A DNA stretch of 64,000 nucleotides, from contig JASFQB010000002.1 of the NCBI GenBank assembly GCA_050115675.1, positions 68,376 to 132,375 of the forward strand. The letters are read 5' to 3'. This DNA comes from Candidatus Woesebacteria bacterium (GTDB taxonomy: Bacteria; Patescibacteriota; Saccharimonadia; Saccharimonadales; EFPC-124). Positions within the stretch are counted from its first letter, which is position 1. Each line of letters opens with the position of its first letter. Positions 29,261 through 39,305 of the stretch are shown here, piece after piece. Position numbers and translations under genes: made by a program. Below the pieces are notes generated by a model that was not told the origin of the DNA, made no database searches, and saw nothing but the letters and a program-made list of their open reading frames with translations.

Positions 29261-29800
29261 ATGCAGCTAACGTTTATTACGGGTAATCCAAGCAAGGCTA
29301 GCTATGTGGCAGACTGGCTTAATTATGATCTAGATCATCATAATTTAGACTTGGCCGAGATTCAGTCGCTAGACCTGCGCGAAGTTGTAGAAGACAAAGC
29401 TAAAAGAGCATACGATATTTTGCAAAAACCGGTTTTGGTAGAGGACGTGTCTTTGACTTTTGATGCTCTTGGTAGGTTGCCAGGTACATATGTAAAATGG
29501 TTTATTCAAGAGGCCGGTCTAGAAAATTTATGCAGAATGCTAGATTCTCACGATGATCGGTCGGCAATGGCAAAAATTTGTTACGCAATTTACGATGGGC
29601 AGCAAATTAACTTTTTTGAAGGCCAAATGACTGGGCGTATATCTATGCAGCCTATGGGCGATGGAGGTTTTGGTTTTGATCCAATTTTTATTAATGATGG
29701 CTATAATATAACCAGAGCACAGATGCAAGAAGACGAATTTAAAAATGCATCACACAGATACGAAGCACTAACAAAACTAAGCGAGTTTTTGCATGCTTAA
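29261..29800 (+). CDS. rdgB: Non-canonical purine NTP pyrophosphatase (HAM1/RdgB family)
   Basis: FITGNPSK...VEDVSL...GGFGFDPIF motifs. Confidence 0.75.
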   Translation: MQLTFITGNPSKASYVADWLNYDLDHHNLDLAEIQSLDLREVVEDKAKRAYDILQKPVLVEDVSLTFDALGRLPGTYVKWFIQEAGLENLCRMLDSHDDRSAMAKICYAIYDGQQINFFEGQMTGRISMQPMGDGGFGFDPIFINDGYNITRAQMQEDEFKNASHRYEALTKLSEFLHA

Positions 29801-30494
29801 AAAATATTCAAAAGGCATTTATTGTTTTTCGTCACCAGTTATGCTGCTAACTTTTATTGTAGAGGTTGGTTTGGCTATTTATACTCTTTGGCGCTATAAG
29901 ATGTCTTTGCTAGTTAGGGTGAGCGTTGTAATGTTGGTGCTGCTGGCAGCATTCCAAGCGGCTGAGTATATGGTGTGCGGGGGTTTTGGTCTAAGCGGAA
30001 TTGACTGGTCGAGGTTAGGCTTTGCGGCAATTACGTTGTTGCCACCAGTTGGTCTGCATATTGCATATATAATTTCAGGATCTACCAACAAAAAGCTTAT
30101 GTTCTTGTCGTATGCAACCGCAGTAGTCTTTGTAACGTATTTTGGTTTTGCGGCCGTTCCTGTACAACATGGAATTTGCCTAGGTAACTACGTAATGTTT
30201 GGTATGTCTGGTGCGACCACAGCATTTTATACGCTGTATTATTATGGGTGGCTGATTTTTGGGATGTACAAAAGCTTGCGTATGTCTCGCCAGGCTAAAC
30301 AAGTAAATAAAAAAGTAGCACTAAGGTACTTGACGGTAGGATATGTTGCGTTTTTGTTGCCAACTACAACGGTAAACTTGATTGACAGGAGTACTTTAAG
30401 CGGCGTGCCCTCGATAATGTGTGGCTTTGCCGTATTGTTGGCATTTGTGCTTTGTGGATTTGTTTTGCCTAAAGTCGCCAGGTTAAAAAAATAA
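29793..30494 (+). CDS. Hypothetical 7-TM membrane protein
   Basis: 233 aa, seven hydrophobic segments; family not recognised. Confidence 0.55.
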   Translation: MLKKYSKGIYCFSSPVMLLTFIVEVGLAIYTLWRYKMSLLVRVSVVMLVLLAAFQAAEYMVCGGFGLSGIDWSRLGFAAITLLPPVGLHIAYIISGSTNKKLMFLSYATAVVFVTYFGFAAVPVQHGICLGNYVMFGMSGATTAFYTLYYYGWLIFGMYKSLRMSRQAKQVNKKVALRYLTVGYVAFLLPTTTVNLIDRSTLSGVPSIMCGFAVLLAFVLCGFVLPKVARLKK

Positions 30495-30651
30495 AGATTT
30501 GACCGCCATAAACATAAGCGTCATAATGTTCAGTGTAGTCGTGCGCAGAGCTCTTTTTAAAGCAAAAAGAGCCGGGTGGGCGCGCACGATTTTAGGGTCA
30601 CATTTATATCCCTTATTTATTTTTTTAATTTTTGTGTTATTATAACTAACG

Positions 30652-31269
30652 TTGTTGCAAGCTCCTCTAGAGAGGCAAAACAGCGTGACTACTCCACAAA
30701 GCCCTATTTCTGATCCACAGCCTGGATCGAATGACCCCACTGTTGCTGCAGGTGTGGCAGGTGTGCCAGGCATGCCTGGCATGGACGGCCCTGGCATTTC
30801 ACTTGGTAAGCCTGAAGATCCAACACTTGTTATCAATCCTGGCGCAGAAGGTACGGCGCCTCCTACTGAGCCGACCGTGCCCGAACCGGCCTGCCCGGAG
30901 CCTGAGTCGCCAGTTGTGTCTCCTGAGGGCAGAAAAGGCGTCAACAAGCTAGTGCTGTTTGCTCGGTTTTTGGTGTTGTCGCCAATTGCCACATACGTCT
31001 TTTTCTTGATTAAGGCATATGGAAAAATTTCAGATGCGTGTAAGACCATGACGGTCAAGTGCGTCTACGATGACACGTACACTCTGCAAGTGGTTACACT
31101 ACTGCAGGCAGTTTTGATGTTTCTTTTGATGATCACGTTGATCCTTTCGGGCATCAACGTGCATCGTTTGGTCAAGGGCAAGGATAAAATTCGCGGTAAG
31201 GGTTGGGTTATTGCCATATTTCTTGCTCTTGCATGCGGAGGTGCAAGTTACGAGATGTTCATGCTGTAG
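30652..31269 (+). CDS. Proline-rich N-domain + 4-TM membrane protein (G+C-rich orphan)
   Basis: PQSPISDPQPG...PPTEPTVPEPACPEPESP followed by TM helices. Start codon uncertain (TTG 30652 or GTG 30676). An antisense 191-aa ORF is judged spurious. Confidence 0.45.
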   Translation: MLQAPLERQNSVTTPQSPISDPQPGSNDPTVAAGVAGVPGMPGMDGPGISLGKPEDPTLVINPGAEGTAPPTEPTVPEPACPEPESPVVSPEGRKGVNKLVLFARFLVLSPIATYVFFLIKAYGKISDACKTMTVKCVYDDTYTLQVVTLLQAVLMFLLMITLILSGINVHRLVKGKDKIRGKGWVIAIFLALACGGASYEMFML

Positions 31270-31287
31270 AAAGCTTCCACAGTACTT

Positions 31288-31326
31288 GCGGCCAGCTAGA
31301 TGGAGATAATCCATCTGGCTGGCCGC
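31288..31326 (+). terminator. Rho-independent terminator
   Basis: 17-bp stem GCGGCCAGCTAGATGGA/TCCATCTGGCTGGCCGC (one T-G pair), loop GATAA. Confidence 0.65.
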
Positions 31327-31373
31327 TATTAATTGAGTTTTTATGATTATCGTGATATAAATAATAAATGTTT

Positions 31374-31450
31374 GGGGCATTAGCGCAGTTGGCTAGCGCG
31401 CTTCCATGGCATGGAAGAGGTCATCGGTTCGAATCCGATATGCTCCACCA
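31374..31450 (+). tRNA. tRNA-Ala (anticodon GGC), CCA encoded
   Basis: GGGGCAT..CTTCC-ATGGCAT-GGAAG..ATCGGTTCGAATCCGAT-ATGCTCC-A-CCA. G3:U70 identity pair present. Confidence 0.9.
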
Positions 31451-31546
31451 AGTTAGATTTATTTTCAATTTTTATTAAAACTACAAGATGGTTGATTATA
31501 GCCCTAGCGATTGACGGGGCCGTTACGCTTATGATGTAATTATGCA

Positions 31547-32374
31547 ATGAGCAAAGATGGATATGTCCTTCCGGACAGGCGACTCAGGGGGCTCACGGCG
31601 GATTATGAACGTTCATATGGGCGCCATGATTTTGAGCTGTCTAGTGGCGAGATCGTTATCGCTATTTCTGCTCCTGATTGGGAAGAATACTGGAAGTTAC
31701 TACAAGAAAATGCCTGCAGTCTAACTGGTACTGTTTTAAGTCCCGAGCTTATTACTTCGCAGTTTGAACTTAGTGATCTTTGCGAGCGCCAAAGAGTCAT
31801 TGAACAACGGATAGCTCGTATTATTGATTTTTCTAATGATATTCCAGATGTAGTCTTTGCTTTGGGTACGCCAGTTTTTGATTGCTGCTTGCCCAGGCCC
31901 ACAAACTCACTGTTGTTTATTGGCGGAGGTTCAATTGTTGCTAGAAAAAACAAGACGTACATTCATCCTGACACTTACGAGGAGCAAGCTTTTAGGGTCG
32001 ACGTCCACCAGGGGTCAAGTAATTTGAACACGAGAACAGCTTCGCTTGTTTGTTCTGATTTGATAAACGTTGCCTATCTACAGTCCGTTCGATGGCCCGG
32101 GGTAACTAATTATAGCGGTAGTTACGATTCAAGTATTAGTGACGATACAAAAGTAGTCCTTATGGCTGCCTGTTGGTCGATGCCTCTTACTCAAAGAGGG
32201 AGTGCCGTGGCAAGTGTCTTGCCCGACGAGCAGCGCTACAAGTCGCAGCTTGAAGGTTGCGCTTCTAAATTGTTCGAGAACCACCCAAGACTAACCGATC
32301 TTGTTATTGCCGACAGAATATTTAAAGAAAGTGAAGTTGCGGGACCGTTTAACGTTCATTATCGTCGAGCGTAA
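31547..32374 (+). CDS. Hypothetical protein, possibly carbon-nitrogen hydrolase (nitrilase) superfamily
   Basis: ARKNKTYIHPDTYEEQAF (K region), ASLVCSDLINV (C region) and VVLMAACWSMP resemble E-K-C family blocks. Weak. Confidence 0.45.
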   Translation: MSKDGYVLPDRRLRGLTADYERSYGRHDFELSSGEIVIAISAPDWEEYWKLLQENACSLTGTVLSPELITSQFELSDLCERQRVIEQRIARIIDFSNDIPDVVFALGTPVFDCCLPRPTNSLLFIGGGSIVARKNKTYIHPDTYEEQAFRVDVHQGSSNLNTRTASLVCSDLINVAYLQSVRWPGVTNYSGSYDSSISDDTKVVLMAACWSMPLTQRGSAVASVLPDEQRYKSQLEGCASKLFENHPRLTDLVIADRIFKESEVAGPFNVHYRRA

Positions 32375-32403
32375 TCATAATTTAAGCAATCGTTTTGCAG
32401 CTA

Positions 32404-32437
32404 ATAGCGCCATCTCCATTGGCGCTATCCCATTTTT
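32404..32437 (+). terminator. Rho-independent terminator
   Basis: ATAGCGCCA/TGGCGCTAT 9-bp stem (32404-32412/32420-32428) then CCCATTTTT. Confidence 0.6.
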
Positions 32438-32871
32438 GCAGATCATTGAGATACTATAATTCTCTAAACATACACAACGGTCTAGACCAAGCACATAGCC
32501 TGGATAAACAACGATGACAAAAAATTATATTACGAAATGCCTGCTTTGACTATTGTTTTTTTGTCGGTGTGGATGCCATTTTTTGGCAACATGTCTTCTT
32601 GAAGGTGAGCTTGGTTGGGCTGAAAAAGACAAAATCACAGGCAAGATTAGGGTACTAGACAGGTGGGGCTCGTCTGATATAAAGCAAGTAAAATTATTAA
32701 AAGTGGCCTACTATTTAACACTGTCAAATGGATTTTAAAAGCAAGTCAATAATGATGCTTAGAGTGATAAATGGTAAAAATATTAAGTTAGCGATAGACG
32801 ATTTTAGTAGCTAGCTGCAAAGCTAGCTCGGGCGTGCATTTTAGCCCATTTACTGTTATAAATAAGTAGTT

Positions 32872-34158
32872 ATGAAGTCTATTATTCTTAAAATTTTGGA
32901 ACTGCAAACCAAACGTTTTTTTAAAAGATTTGGGCCAAAACTTGTTGTTATAACTGGTAGCGTTGGTAAAACTAGCACAAAACTTTATATGGCCGAGGTA
33001 CTCAGCAAACGTTATCGAGTTATGGTGCATTACGGCAACCACAACACCCATGTAAGTGTACCTATGGCAGTTTTTAACATACCAATCCCTGTAAAATTAA
33101 AAAGCATTTGGGCGTGGCTGGGTGTAATTTGGCAAACTCAAAAAAAACTGCACCAACCATTTAACTACGACGTGATTATTTTAGAGCTAGGTACAGATCA
33201 TCCTGGCGAAATCGAACATTTTGGCACATATTTAAGCCCGCATATAGCTGTGGTTACTGCAGTTACTCCAGAACACATGGAGTTCTTTAAAACGTTAGAC
33301 GCAGTAGCTAAAGAAGAGCTCGCAGCTGCAAACTTTAGTATGTTGGCTTTGGTCAATCGCGACGATATTGATGGTAAATACTCGCAATATGTAACAAACT
33401 CTAACATCGACACCTACGGAACAAGTGGCGTGGCAGAATATCACTTTATGATAGAGAATTTTGACATTAAAAAGGGTTTTAGCGGTAAATTTGTTTCCCC
33501 AGAACATGGCGAGCAAAAAGTTTCTTTGCAGTTGGTTGGAGAACATAACGTTAAGGCGGCTGTTGCGGCCGGAGTCGTGGGTGCAAAACTTGGCATGACT
33601 GCAAGCGAGATCGTAGCCGGAATGCAAAGCATACAGCCCGTAAACGGTAGAATGCGCATGCTACGAGGACTAAAAGACACCGTAATTATTGACGACACAT
33701 ATAATTCGAGTCCGCGCGCTGCGTTGGCGGCCATACAAACGCTTTATTCGCTGCCAGGCAAGCAAAAAATTGCGATATTGGGGTCTATGAACGAGCTGGG
33801 TGATTATTCTAAAGAAGCTCACGAACAAGTAGGTAAGTTATGCGACCCAACTTTGCTAGATTGGGTAATAACCATTGGCAACGACGCACAAAAGTATCTG
33901 GCGCCTGCTGCAGAATTAAAAGGCTGTCAGGTGCGGAGCTTCGCAAGTCCCTACGACGCAGGCGCTTTTGCACACTCTGTACTGCATCCACATGCTATCG
34001 TTTTAGCAAAGGGGTCGCAAAACGGTGTTTTTGCCGAAGAGGCGCTTAAAATCTTGCTACACTCTACAGACGAAGAGCATCAGCTTGTACGGCAAGAACC
34101 AGAATGGCTAGACATCAAAGAAAAACAGTTCGAAAAGTTTAAACAAGCACAGTCCTAA
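32872..34158 (+). CDS. murF: UDP-N-acetylmuramoyl-tripeptide--D-alanyl-D-alanine ligase
   Basis: Mur ligase P-loop ITGSVGKTSTK; IIDDTYNSSP; GSMNELG. Confidence 0.85.
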   Translation: MKSIILKILELQTKRFFKRFGPKLVVITGSVGKTSTKLYMAEVLSKRYRVMVHYGNHNTHVSVPMAVFNIPIPVKLKSIWAWLGVIWQTQKKLHQPFNYDVIILELGTDHPGEIEHFGTYLSPHIAVVTAVTPEHMEFFKTLDAVAKEELAAANFSMLALVNRDDIDGKYSQYVTNSNIDTYGTSGVAEYHFMIENFDIKKGFSGKFVSPEHGEQKVSLQLVGEHNVKAAVAAGVVGAKLGMTASEIVAGMQSIQPVNGRMRMLRGLKDTVIIDDTYNSSPRAALAAIQTLYSLPGKQKIAILGSMNELGDYSKEAHEQVGKLCDPTLLDWVITIGNDAQKYLAPAAELKGCQVRSFASPYDAGAFAHSVLHPHAIVLAKGSQNGVFAEEALKILLHSTDEEHQLVRQEPEWLDIKEKQFEKFKQAQS

Positions 34159-34160
34159 TT

Positions 34161-34190
34161 TTGTCTAACCAGTAGTAATTCTGTTATAAT
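34161..34190 (+). promoter_or_regulatory. Candidate leuS promoter
   Basis: TTGTCT - 18 nt - TGtTATAAT (extended -10 at 34182-34190). Confidence 0.4.
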
Positions 34191-34296
34191 TAATATATAT
34201 GACCACTGTTATTTCTTTGTCATTACTCAAACTCCTCCCTTTGGGGAGCAATTCTTGCAATTAAAACACTTTTATTAAAAATTTAGGAGTAATTAA

Positions 34297-36741
34297 ATGA
34301 AACGTTACAATCCAAAAGAGATTGAGCCAAAATGGCAACAAGTGTGGGACGAAACAAAAATTTATCAGGCAACAAACAGCAAAGATCAGCCAAAAAATTA
34401 CATTTTAGACTTTTTTCCGTATCCATCTGGTGCAGCCATGCACGTTGGTCACGTGCGAAATTACACAATTAGCGATGCCTTGGCGCGCTACGCCAGAATG
34501 CAAGGTTTTAACGTTCTGCACCCAATGGGTTGGGATGCTTTTGGCCTGCCAGCAGAAAACTTTGCAATAAAAACTAGTATAAGTCCGCAGCAAGCAGTGG
34601 CGCAAAACACAGGCAAATTTAAGCAGCAGCTTTCGCAAATGGGTATCGGCATAGACTGGTCGCGTGAATTTGCAAGCAGTGACCCGGATTATTACAAATG
34701 GACACAATGGTTTTTTACGCTTTTATTTGAGCGTGGCTTGGCCTATCAAAAAGAAAGCCCGCAATGGTGGTGCGAAACCGACAAAACCGTTTTGGCAAAC
34801 GAGCAGGTTGAGGCCGGCCGCTGTTGGCGTTGCGGCAATGAGGTTACCAAAAAACCATTAAAACAATGGTTCTTTAAAATTACCGATTACGCAGACCGTT
34901 TAATTGAAGATTTAGACAAGTTTGAGGCCACAGACTCGCTAAAAAACATGCAGCGCAACTGGATTGGCCGCAGCAAAGGTGCTCAGATTGATTTTGAAAT
35001 TAAAGGCAGTAATAAGAAGCTAAAAATCTTTACCACGCGCGCAGACACTCTTTTTGGCGTAACATTTATGGCGTTGGCGCCAGAGCATCCAATTATTGGC
35101 AAAATTTGCACAGCCGAAATGCGCCAAAATGTAGAAGATTACATTGCCGAATCGCAAAACAAAAGCGAAGTTGACCGCATGGACACCAATCGCGAAAAAA
35201 CCGGCGTATTTACAGGTGCATACGCAATTAACCCGCTAACAAAACAAGAGATACCAATTTGGGTAGCCGACTACGTTTTAATGGGCTACGGAACAGGCGC
35301 AATAATGGCCGTGCCTGCGCACGACGAGCGTGATTTTGAATTTGCAGAAAAGTTTAAACTGCCAATTATAGAGGTTATAAAATCTAGCAACCAGCAAGAA
35401 AGATGTTACCACGGCGAAGGCACTATGCTAAACTCCGGCAGATATGATGGCATGCAATCATCCGAAATACGCGAAAAAGTAGTAGCAGATCTTGCCAAAA
35501 ATGGTATTGGCAAAGAAAAAATTAACTACAAAATTCGCGATTGGCTAATTAGCCGCCAGCGATATTGGGGTGCGCCAATTCCAATTATTCATTGCCCCGA
35601 GCACGGTGCTGTTGCTGTGCCAAAAGATCATTTGCCAGTTAAATTGCCAGAAATTACAGATTACAAACCCGCTGGCGATGGCCAGTCTCCACTTGCCAAA
35701 GTAGACGAATGGGTAAACACCACTTGTCCAAAATGTGGGCGACCTGCCAAGCGCGAAACCGACACCATGGACGGTTTTGCATGCTCTAGCTGGTATATGT
35801 GGCGCTTTATTGATCCAAAAAACAATCAAGAACCGTTCAGCAAAGAAAAAGTTGACCATTGGGGCCCAGTAGATACTTATGTTGGCGGCGCCGAACACGC
35901 CGTAATGCATTTACTTTACGTACGTTTTTGGACAAAAGTTATGTTTGATGCTGGCTTGATTGATTTTGAAGAGCCTTTTAAGGCCTTGCGCAATCAAGGC
36001 ATGATTTTGGCGCCAGACGGCCGAAAGATGAGCAAAAGCTGGGGTAATGTAATTGCTCCAGACGATTTAATTGCCGAAGGTTACGGCGCAGATAGCATTC
36101 GCGTAATGGAGCTATTTATCGGTCCGTGGAACCAAGCCGCAAACTGGAGCATCGAAGGTTTGGGCGGCTGCTACCGCTTTTTGCAGCGTGTTTGGGCGGT
36201 CTCTCAAGAATATCTGCAAACTCAGCAAGCTGCCAGCAATTCAGAACTAGAAGTAAGATTACTGCGCGCAACTCATAAAACAATCAAAAAAGTCACAGAC
36301 GACCTAGATTCTATGAGCTTTAACACGGCAATTGCCGCGCTAATGGAGTTTGTAAACGAGTTGTACAAAGTAAAAACCGAGCTAATGCCTGCACAAGGCA
36401 ACAATGCTTGGTGTCAGGCTGTTACGGCTTTGGCTCAAATGATTGCGCCGTTTGCACCGCATATTGCCGAAGAAATTTGGCATCAAATTGGCAACGAAAA
36501 CACTGTGCATTTAAGTGGCTGGCCTGTAGCTGACCAAAAATACTTGGTAGATGATGTAATATCTATAGTTGTTCAAATAAATGGTAAATTGCGCAGCACA
36601 GTTGATGTGCCAGCAGATAGCTCCGAGCAAGCCGTAAAAGAGGCTGCGCTGTCCGACAAGCGCATAAATGAGTTGCTAGTAGGCAGTGAGCCAAAGCGTG
36701 TCATTTACGTTGCAGGGCGTTTGGTAAATATTGTAGCTTAA
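34297..36741 (+). CDS. leuS: Leucine--tRNA ligase
   Basis: HIGH-type motif AMHVGHVRNY, KMSKS (GRKMSKSWGN), editing domain; 814 aa. Confidence 0.97.
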   Translation: MKRYNPKEIEPKWQQVWDETKIYQATNSKDQPKNYILDFFPYPSGAAMHVGHVRNYTISDALARYARMQGFNVLHPMGWDAFGLPAENFAIKTSISPQQAVAQNTGKFKQQLSQMGIGIDWSREFASSDPDYYKWTQWFFTLLFERGLAYQKESPQWWCETDKTVLANEQVEAGRCWRCGNEVTKKPLKQWFFKITDYADRLIEDLDKFEATDSLKNMQRNWIGRSKGAQIDFEIKGSNKKLKIFTTRADTLFGVTFMALAPEHPIIGKICTAEMRQNVEDYIAESQNKSEVDRMDTNREKTGVFTGAYAINPLTKQEIPIWVADYVLMGYGTGAIMAVPAHDERDFEFAEKFKLPIIEVIKSSNQQERCYHGEGTMLNSGRYDGMQSSEIREKVVADLAKNGIGKEKINYKIRDWLISRQRYWGAPIPIIHCPEHGAVAVPKDHLPVKLPEITDYKPAGDGQSPLAKVDEWVNTTCPKCGRPAKRETDTMDGFACSSWYMWRFIDPKNNQEPFSKEKVDHWGPVDTYVGGAEHAVMHLLYVRFWTKVMFDAGLIDFEEPFKALRNQGMILAPDGRKMSKSWGNVIAPDDLIAEGYGADSIRVMELFIGPWNQAANWSIEGLGGCYRFLQRVWAVSQEYLQTQQAASNSELEVRLLRATHKTIKKVTDDLDSMSFNTAIAALMEFVNELYKVKTELMPAQGNNAWCQAVTALAQMIAPFAPHIAEEIWHQIGNENTVHLSGWPVADQKYLVDDVISIVVQINGKLRSTVDVPADSSEQAVKEAALSDKRINELLVGSEPKRVIYVAGRLVNIVA

Positions 36742-36802
36742 ATGCTCTTGATCTAAAACAGTCCTAAAAATGACAAAAAGTCAAAAATATAGCAAGCCAA
36801 TC

Positions 36803-36831
36803 TTGAGTTTAATCAAGAAGTGCAGTATAAT
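36803..36831 (+). promoter_or_regulatory. Candidate sigma70-type promoter for rpmF-nusB
   Basis: TTGAGT (36803-36808) - 17 nt - TATAAT (36826-36831). Confidence 0.5.
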
Positions 36832-36879
36832 CTGTACAAGTTTCGTAATAATAATCCATAAGAAAGAGAGCTTACATAA

Positions 36880-37089
36880 ATGGGTAAACCAAAAAAGCAA
36901 TCTAGTTCCCGTAAGACCGGTTTGCGCCGCAGCCACTTACTTTTAGGGCTAGCCAGAACTGTTAACGGAAAGCTTGCTAACGCAGGTTCGTCAGTTCGTG
37001 CATATACAACAAAGCGCGAAAGTGCTAAAAAATCAGCCAAACAAGTTGCAGAAAAACCAGCTAAAGAAGCTGTTGCTGCTGCTAAATAG
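36880..37089 (+). CDS. rpmF: 50S ribosomal protein L32
   Basis: MGKPKKQSSSRKTGLRRSH matches the bL32 N-terminal pattern (PKxxxSxxRxxxRRSH); lysine/alanine-rich tail. Confidence 0.7.
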   Translation: MGKPKKQSSSRKTGLRRSHLLLGLARTVNGKLANAGSSVRAYTTKRESAKKSAKQVAEKPAKEAVAAAK

Positions 37090-37126
37090 CAATTGTACTA
37101 ATTAAAAATTTGTAAAGTGATCTATT

Positions 37127-37594
37127 ATGGCATCTAATCGTCATCTTGGCCGAATTATTGCATTGCAAACTCTGTACGAGTTTGAGTTTAGGCGTGATTG
37201 TGGTGACACTACTGTAACAATTGATGAAGTTCTGGACCGAAATCTTGAGCGTTACGCGGACACTATTGGTGATAAGAAGTTTGTTCAAGACTTGGTCCAC
37301 GGTGTTGGCGAGGACTCTCAAGAGCTTGATGCTACTTTGCAGCCAATGGCTCCAGAGTGGCCTCTAGAACAGATTGCGCGCATCGACCGTACAATTTTAC
37401 GCATTGCATTATTTGAGCTGTTGAAGTTTCAAGAAATTGTACCTCCAAAGGTTGCTATCAACGAAGCCGTTGAGCTAGCAAAGGCTTTTGGTGGCGATAA
37501 TTCGTCTAAGTTCATAAACGGCGTACTGGGCACTGCCTATCGTACGCTGATTGAGGAAAAACCTAATGCAAGCGCCACGGTTCGAGAGGTTTAA
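37127..37594 (+). CDS. nusB: Transcription antitermination factor NusB
   Basis: [13 protein letters not shown]...[24 protein letters not shown]. Confidence 0.9.
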   Translation: MASNRHLGRIIALQTLYEFEFRRDCGDTTVTIDEVLDRNLERYADTIGDKKFVQDLVHGVGEDSQELDATLQPMAPEWPLEQIARIDRTILRIALFELLKFQEIVPPKVAINEAVELAKAFGGDNSSKFINGVLGTAYRTLIEEKPNASATVREV

Positions 37595-38063
37595 AAAATA
37601 TTTTAATCGTCATAAGCCATCCATCCAAGAAGTAGTTCGTGAGCCAACGGCTGGTGGGATCGTTTTTCGGCGTAACAGAAAGTCTGGCGGAATAGAAATT
37701 CTGCTTATTCAAGACGCAAAAGATCGTTGGACGATACCCAAGGGTCATATCGAAGAAGGCGAAACTGCTAAAGAAACTGCCGAGCGCGAAATTCGAGAAG
37801 AGGCAGGTCTAGAAGAAATGAGGGTCTTGGGTTGGCTGGGTAAAATTCATTTTAGATATCGTCGTCAGCAAAGTTTGGTACTTATGACAACGCAGATTTA
37901 TCTGGTACAAGGCCAGGGTGATACCGCCAATCTAAGTAAAGAAGAATGGATGAACGGCATTGGCTGGTTTCCATTTGCCGAAGCTTTAGATATGATTGAA
38001 TATGAAGATATAGGTAAGCTTATGTTGCTTGCCATGAAAAGAATACGAGATGCTGGACTCTAA
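37566..38063 (+). CDS. NUDIX hydrolase
   Basis: Nudix box [23 protein letters not shown]. Start uncertain (37551 or ATG 37566); overlaps the nusB 3' end. Confidence 0.8.
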   Translation: MQAPRFERFKKYFNRHKPSIQEVVREPTAGGIVFRRNRKSGGIEILLIQDAKDRWTIPKGHIEEGETAKETAEREIREEAGLEEMRVLGWLGKIHFRYRRQQSLVLMTTQIYLVQGQGDTANLSKEEWMNGIGWFPFAEALDMIEYEDIGKLMLLAMKRIRDAGL

Positions 38064-38778
38064 TATAATTAACAAATATCAAACTTTTGCAGCCGAAGTT
38101 TTTGGTTTTACTTTTGATAATCCAGAACTTTTGGTAACAGCCTTTACTCACAGGTCGTATGTTAATGAACATAAAAAAAGCGCTAAAGAGCATAACGAGC
38201 GCCTAGAGTTTTTGGGTGACGCTGTGTTGGAGCTGGTTGTTACCGAGTATCTGTACTCAAACTACAGCGAACCAGAAGGCATTCTAACCAACTGGCGAGC
38301 TGCTTTGGTTCGCACAGAATCTATAAGCGCTGCTGCAAGTCGTTTAGGTTTTGCAGATATGCTACGCTTAAGTCGCGGAGAACGCAATGGTAGCGAGCGT
38401 GCGAGGCATCAAATTTTGGCTAACTCTTTTGAGGCTGTTGCTGGAGCTATATATTTAGACAAAGGCTATGAGGCTGCAAAAGAATATATAACAAAAAATA
38501 TTTTAGTCACTTTTGACGAAATTTTACAAACTGGCTCTTGGCGAGATGCAAAATCACATTTGCAAGAAGTAGCCCAAAGTGTAAATGGAATCACTCCAAT
38601 GTACAAAGTTCTTGAGGAGCAGGGGCCAGACCACGACAAAGTGTTTGTTGTTGGGGTTTTTGTTGGAGATAAATTGCTAGGCAAGGGGTCGGGCTCGTCT
38701 AAGCAAATCTCTCAACAGCAGGCTGCTCAGAGTGCGCTAAAATACTACGAAAAAATAAAGAAGAAGGCTAGCAATTGA
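38050..38778 (+). CDS. rnc: Ribonuclease III
   Basis: NERLEFLGDAVLE signature plus a C-terminal dsRBD. Confidence 0.95.
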   Translation: MLDSNIINKYQTFAAEVFGFTFDNPELLVTAFTHRSYVNEHKKSAKEHNERLEFLGDAVLELVVTEYLYSNYSEPEGILTNWRAALVRTESISAAASRLGFADMLRLSRGERNGSERARHQILANSFEAVAGAIYLDKGYEAAKEYITKNILVTFDEILQTGSWRDAKSHLQEVAQSVNGITPMYKVLEEQGPDHDKVFVVGVFVGDKLLGKGSGSSKQISQQQAAQSALKYYEKIKKKASN

Positions 38779-38848
38779 CAACTGGTTGCAATGCCTGTAA
38801 AATAGCATTTAACTGCATAATAAGTTTATAAGAGGAAATATTTAAAGC

Positions 38849-39196
38849 ATGCTTGCTATCCGTTTGCAACGACTTGGCCGAAAGGCAGCGCCAGTTTATC
38901 GTCTGGCTGTTCAGGAATCACAACGACATCCATCTAGTGGACGTGTTGTGGCTTATGTTGGTACATTTAACCCACACACCAAAGCTGTAACTGTCAATAC
39001 AGAAAAAATTAGCTTTTACCTAAAAAATGGCGCACAGCCTACTCCGCGTGTTGTGCGTATTTTGGCTGATCAAAAAATCGAGCTTCCATCTTGGGTAAAA
39101 ATGCCAAGTGCTGCTAAAAAATCTTCTGTTAAGAACGCGGAAAAACTTCGCAAAAATCAGCCCAAAGAGGCGCCAGTAGAAGAATCTGCTGAATAA
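38849..39196 (+). CDS. rpsP: 30S ribosomal protein S16
   Basis: MLAIRLQRLGRKAAPVYRLAV... typical bS16 N-terminus. Confidence 0.9.
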   Translation: MLAIRLQRLGRKAAPVYRLAVQESQRHPSSGRVVAYVGTFNPHTKAVTVNTEKISFYLKNGAQPTPRVVRILADQKIELPSWVKMPSAAKKSSVKNAEKLRKNQPKEAPVEESAE

Positions 39197-39305
39197 TCTT
39201 AGGCTGTTTTTGAGCGTTTTTTGCTAAACAAGCCTAAGTAGATTGCTATGCAGTTGATAGTGGGCTACAATAATTACGAGTACTAAATCAGAGGGGAAAC
39301 TGTAA

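Noticed and set aside
30483-31058. 191-aa minus-strand ORF opposite the Pro-rich membrane protein
   Set aside because: This is an open antisense frame typical of G+C-rich DNA. The product is low-complexity Gly/Ser/Pro without TM or start context. The plus-strand frame has coherent TM helices and a downstream terminator.
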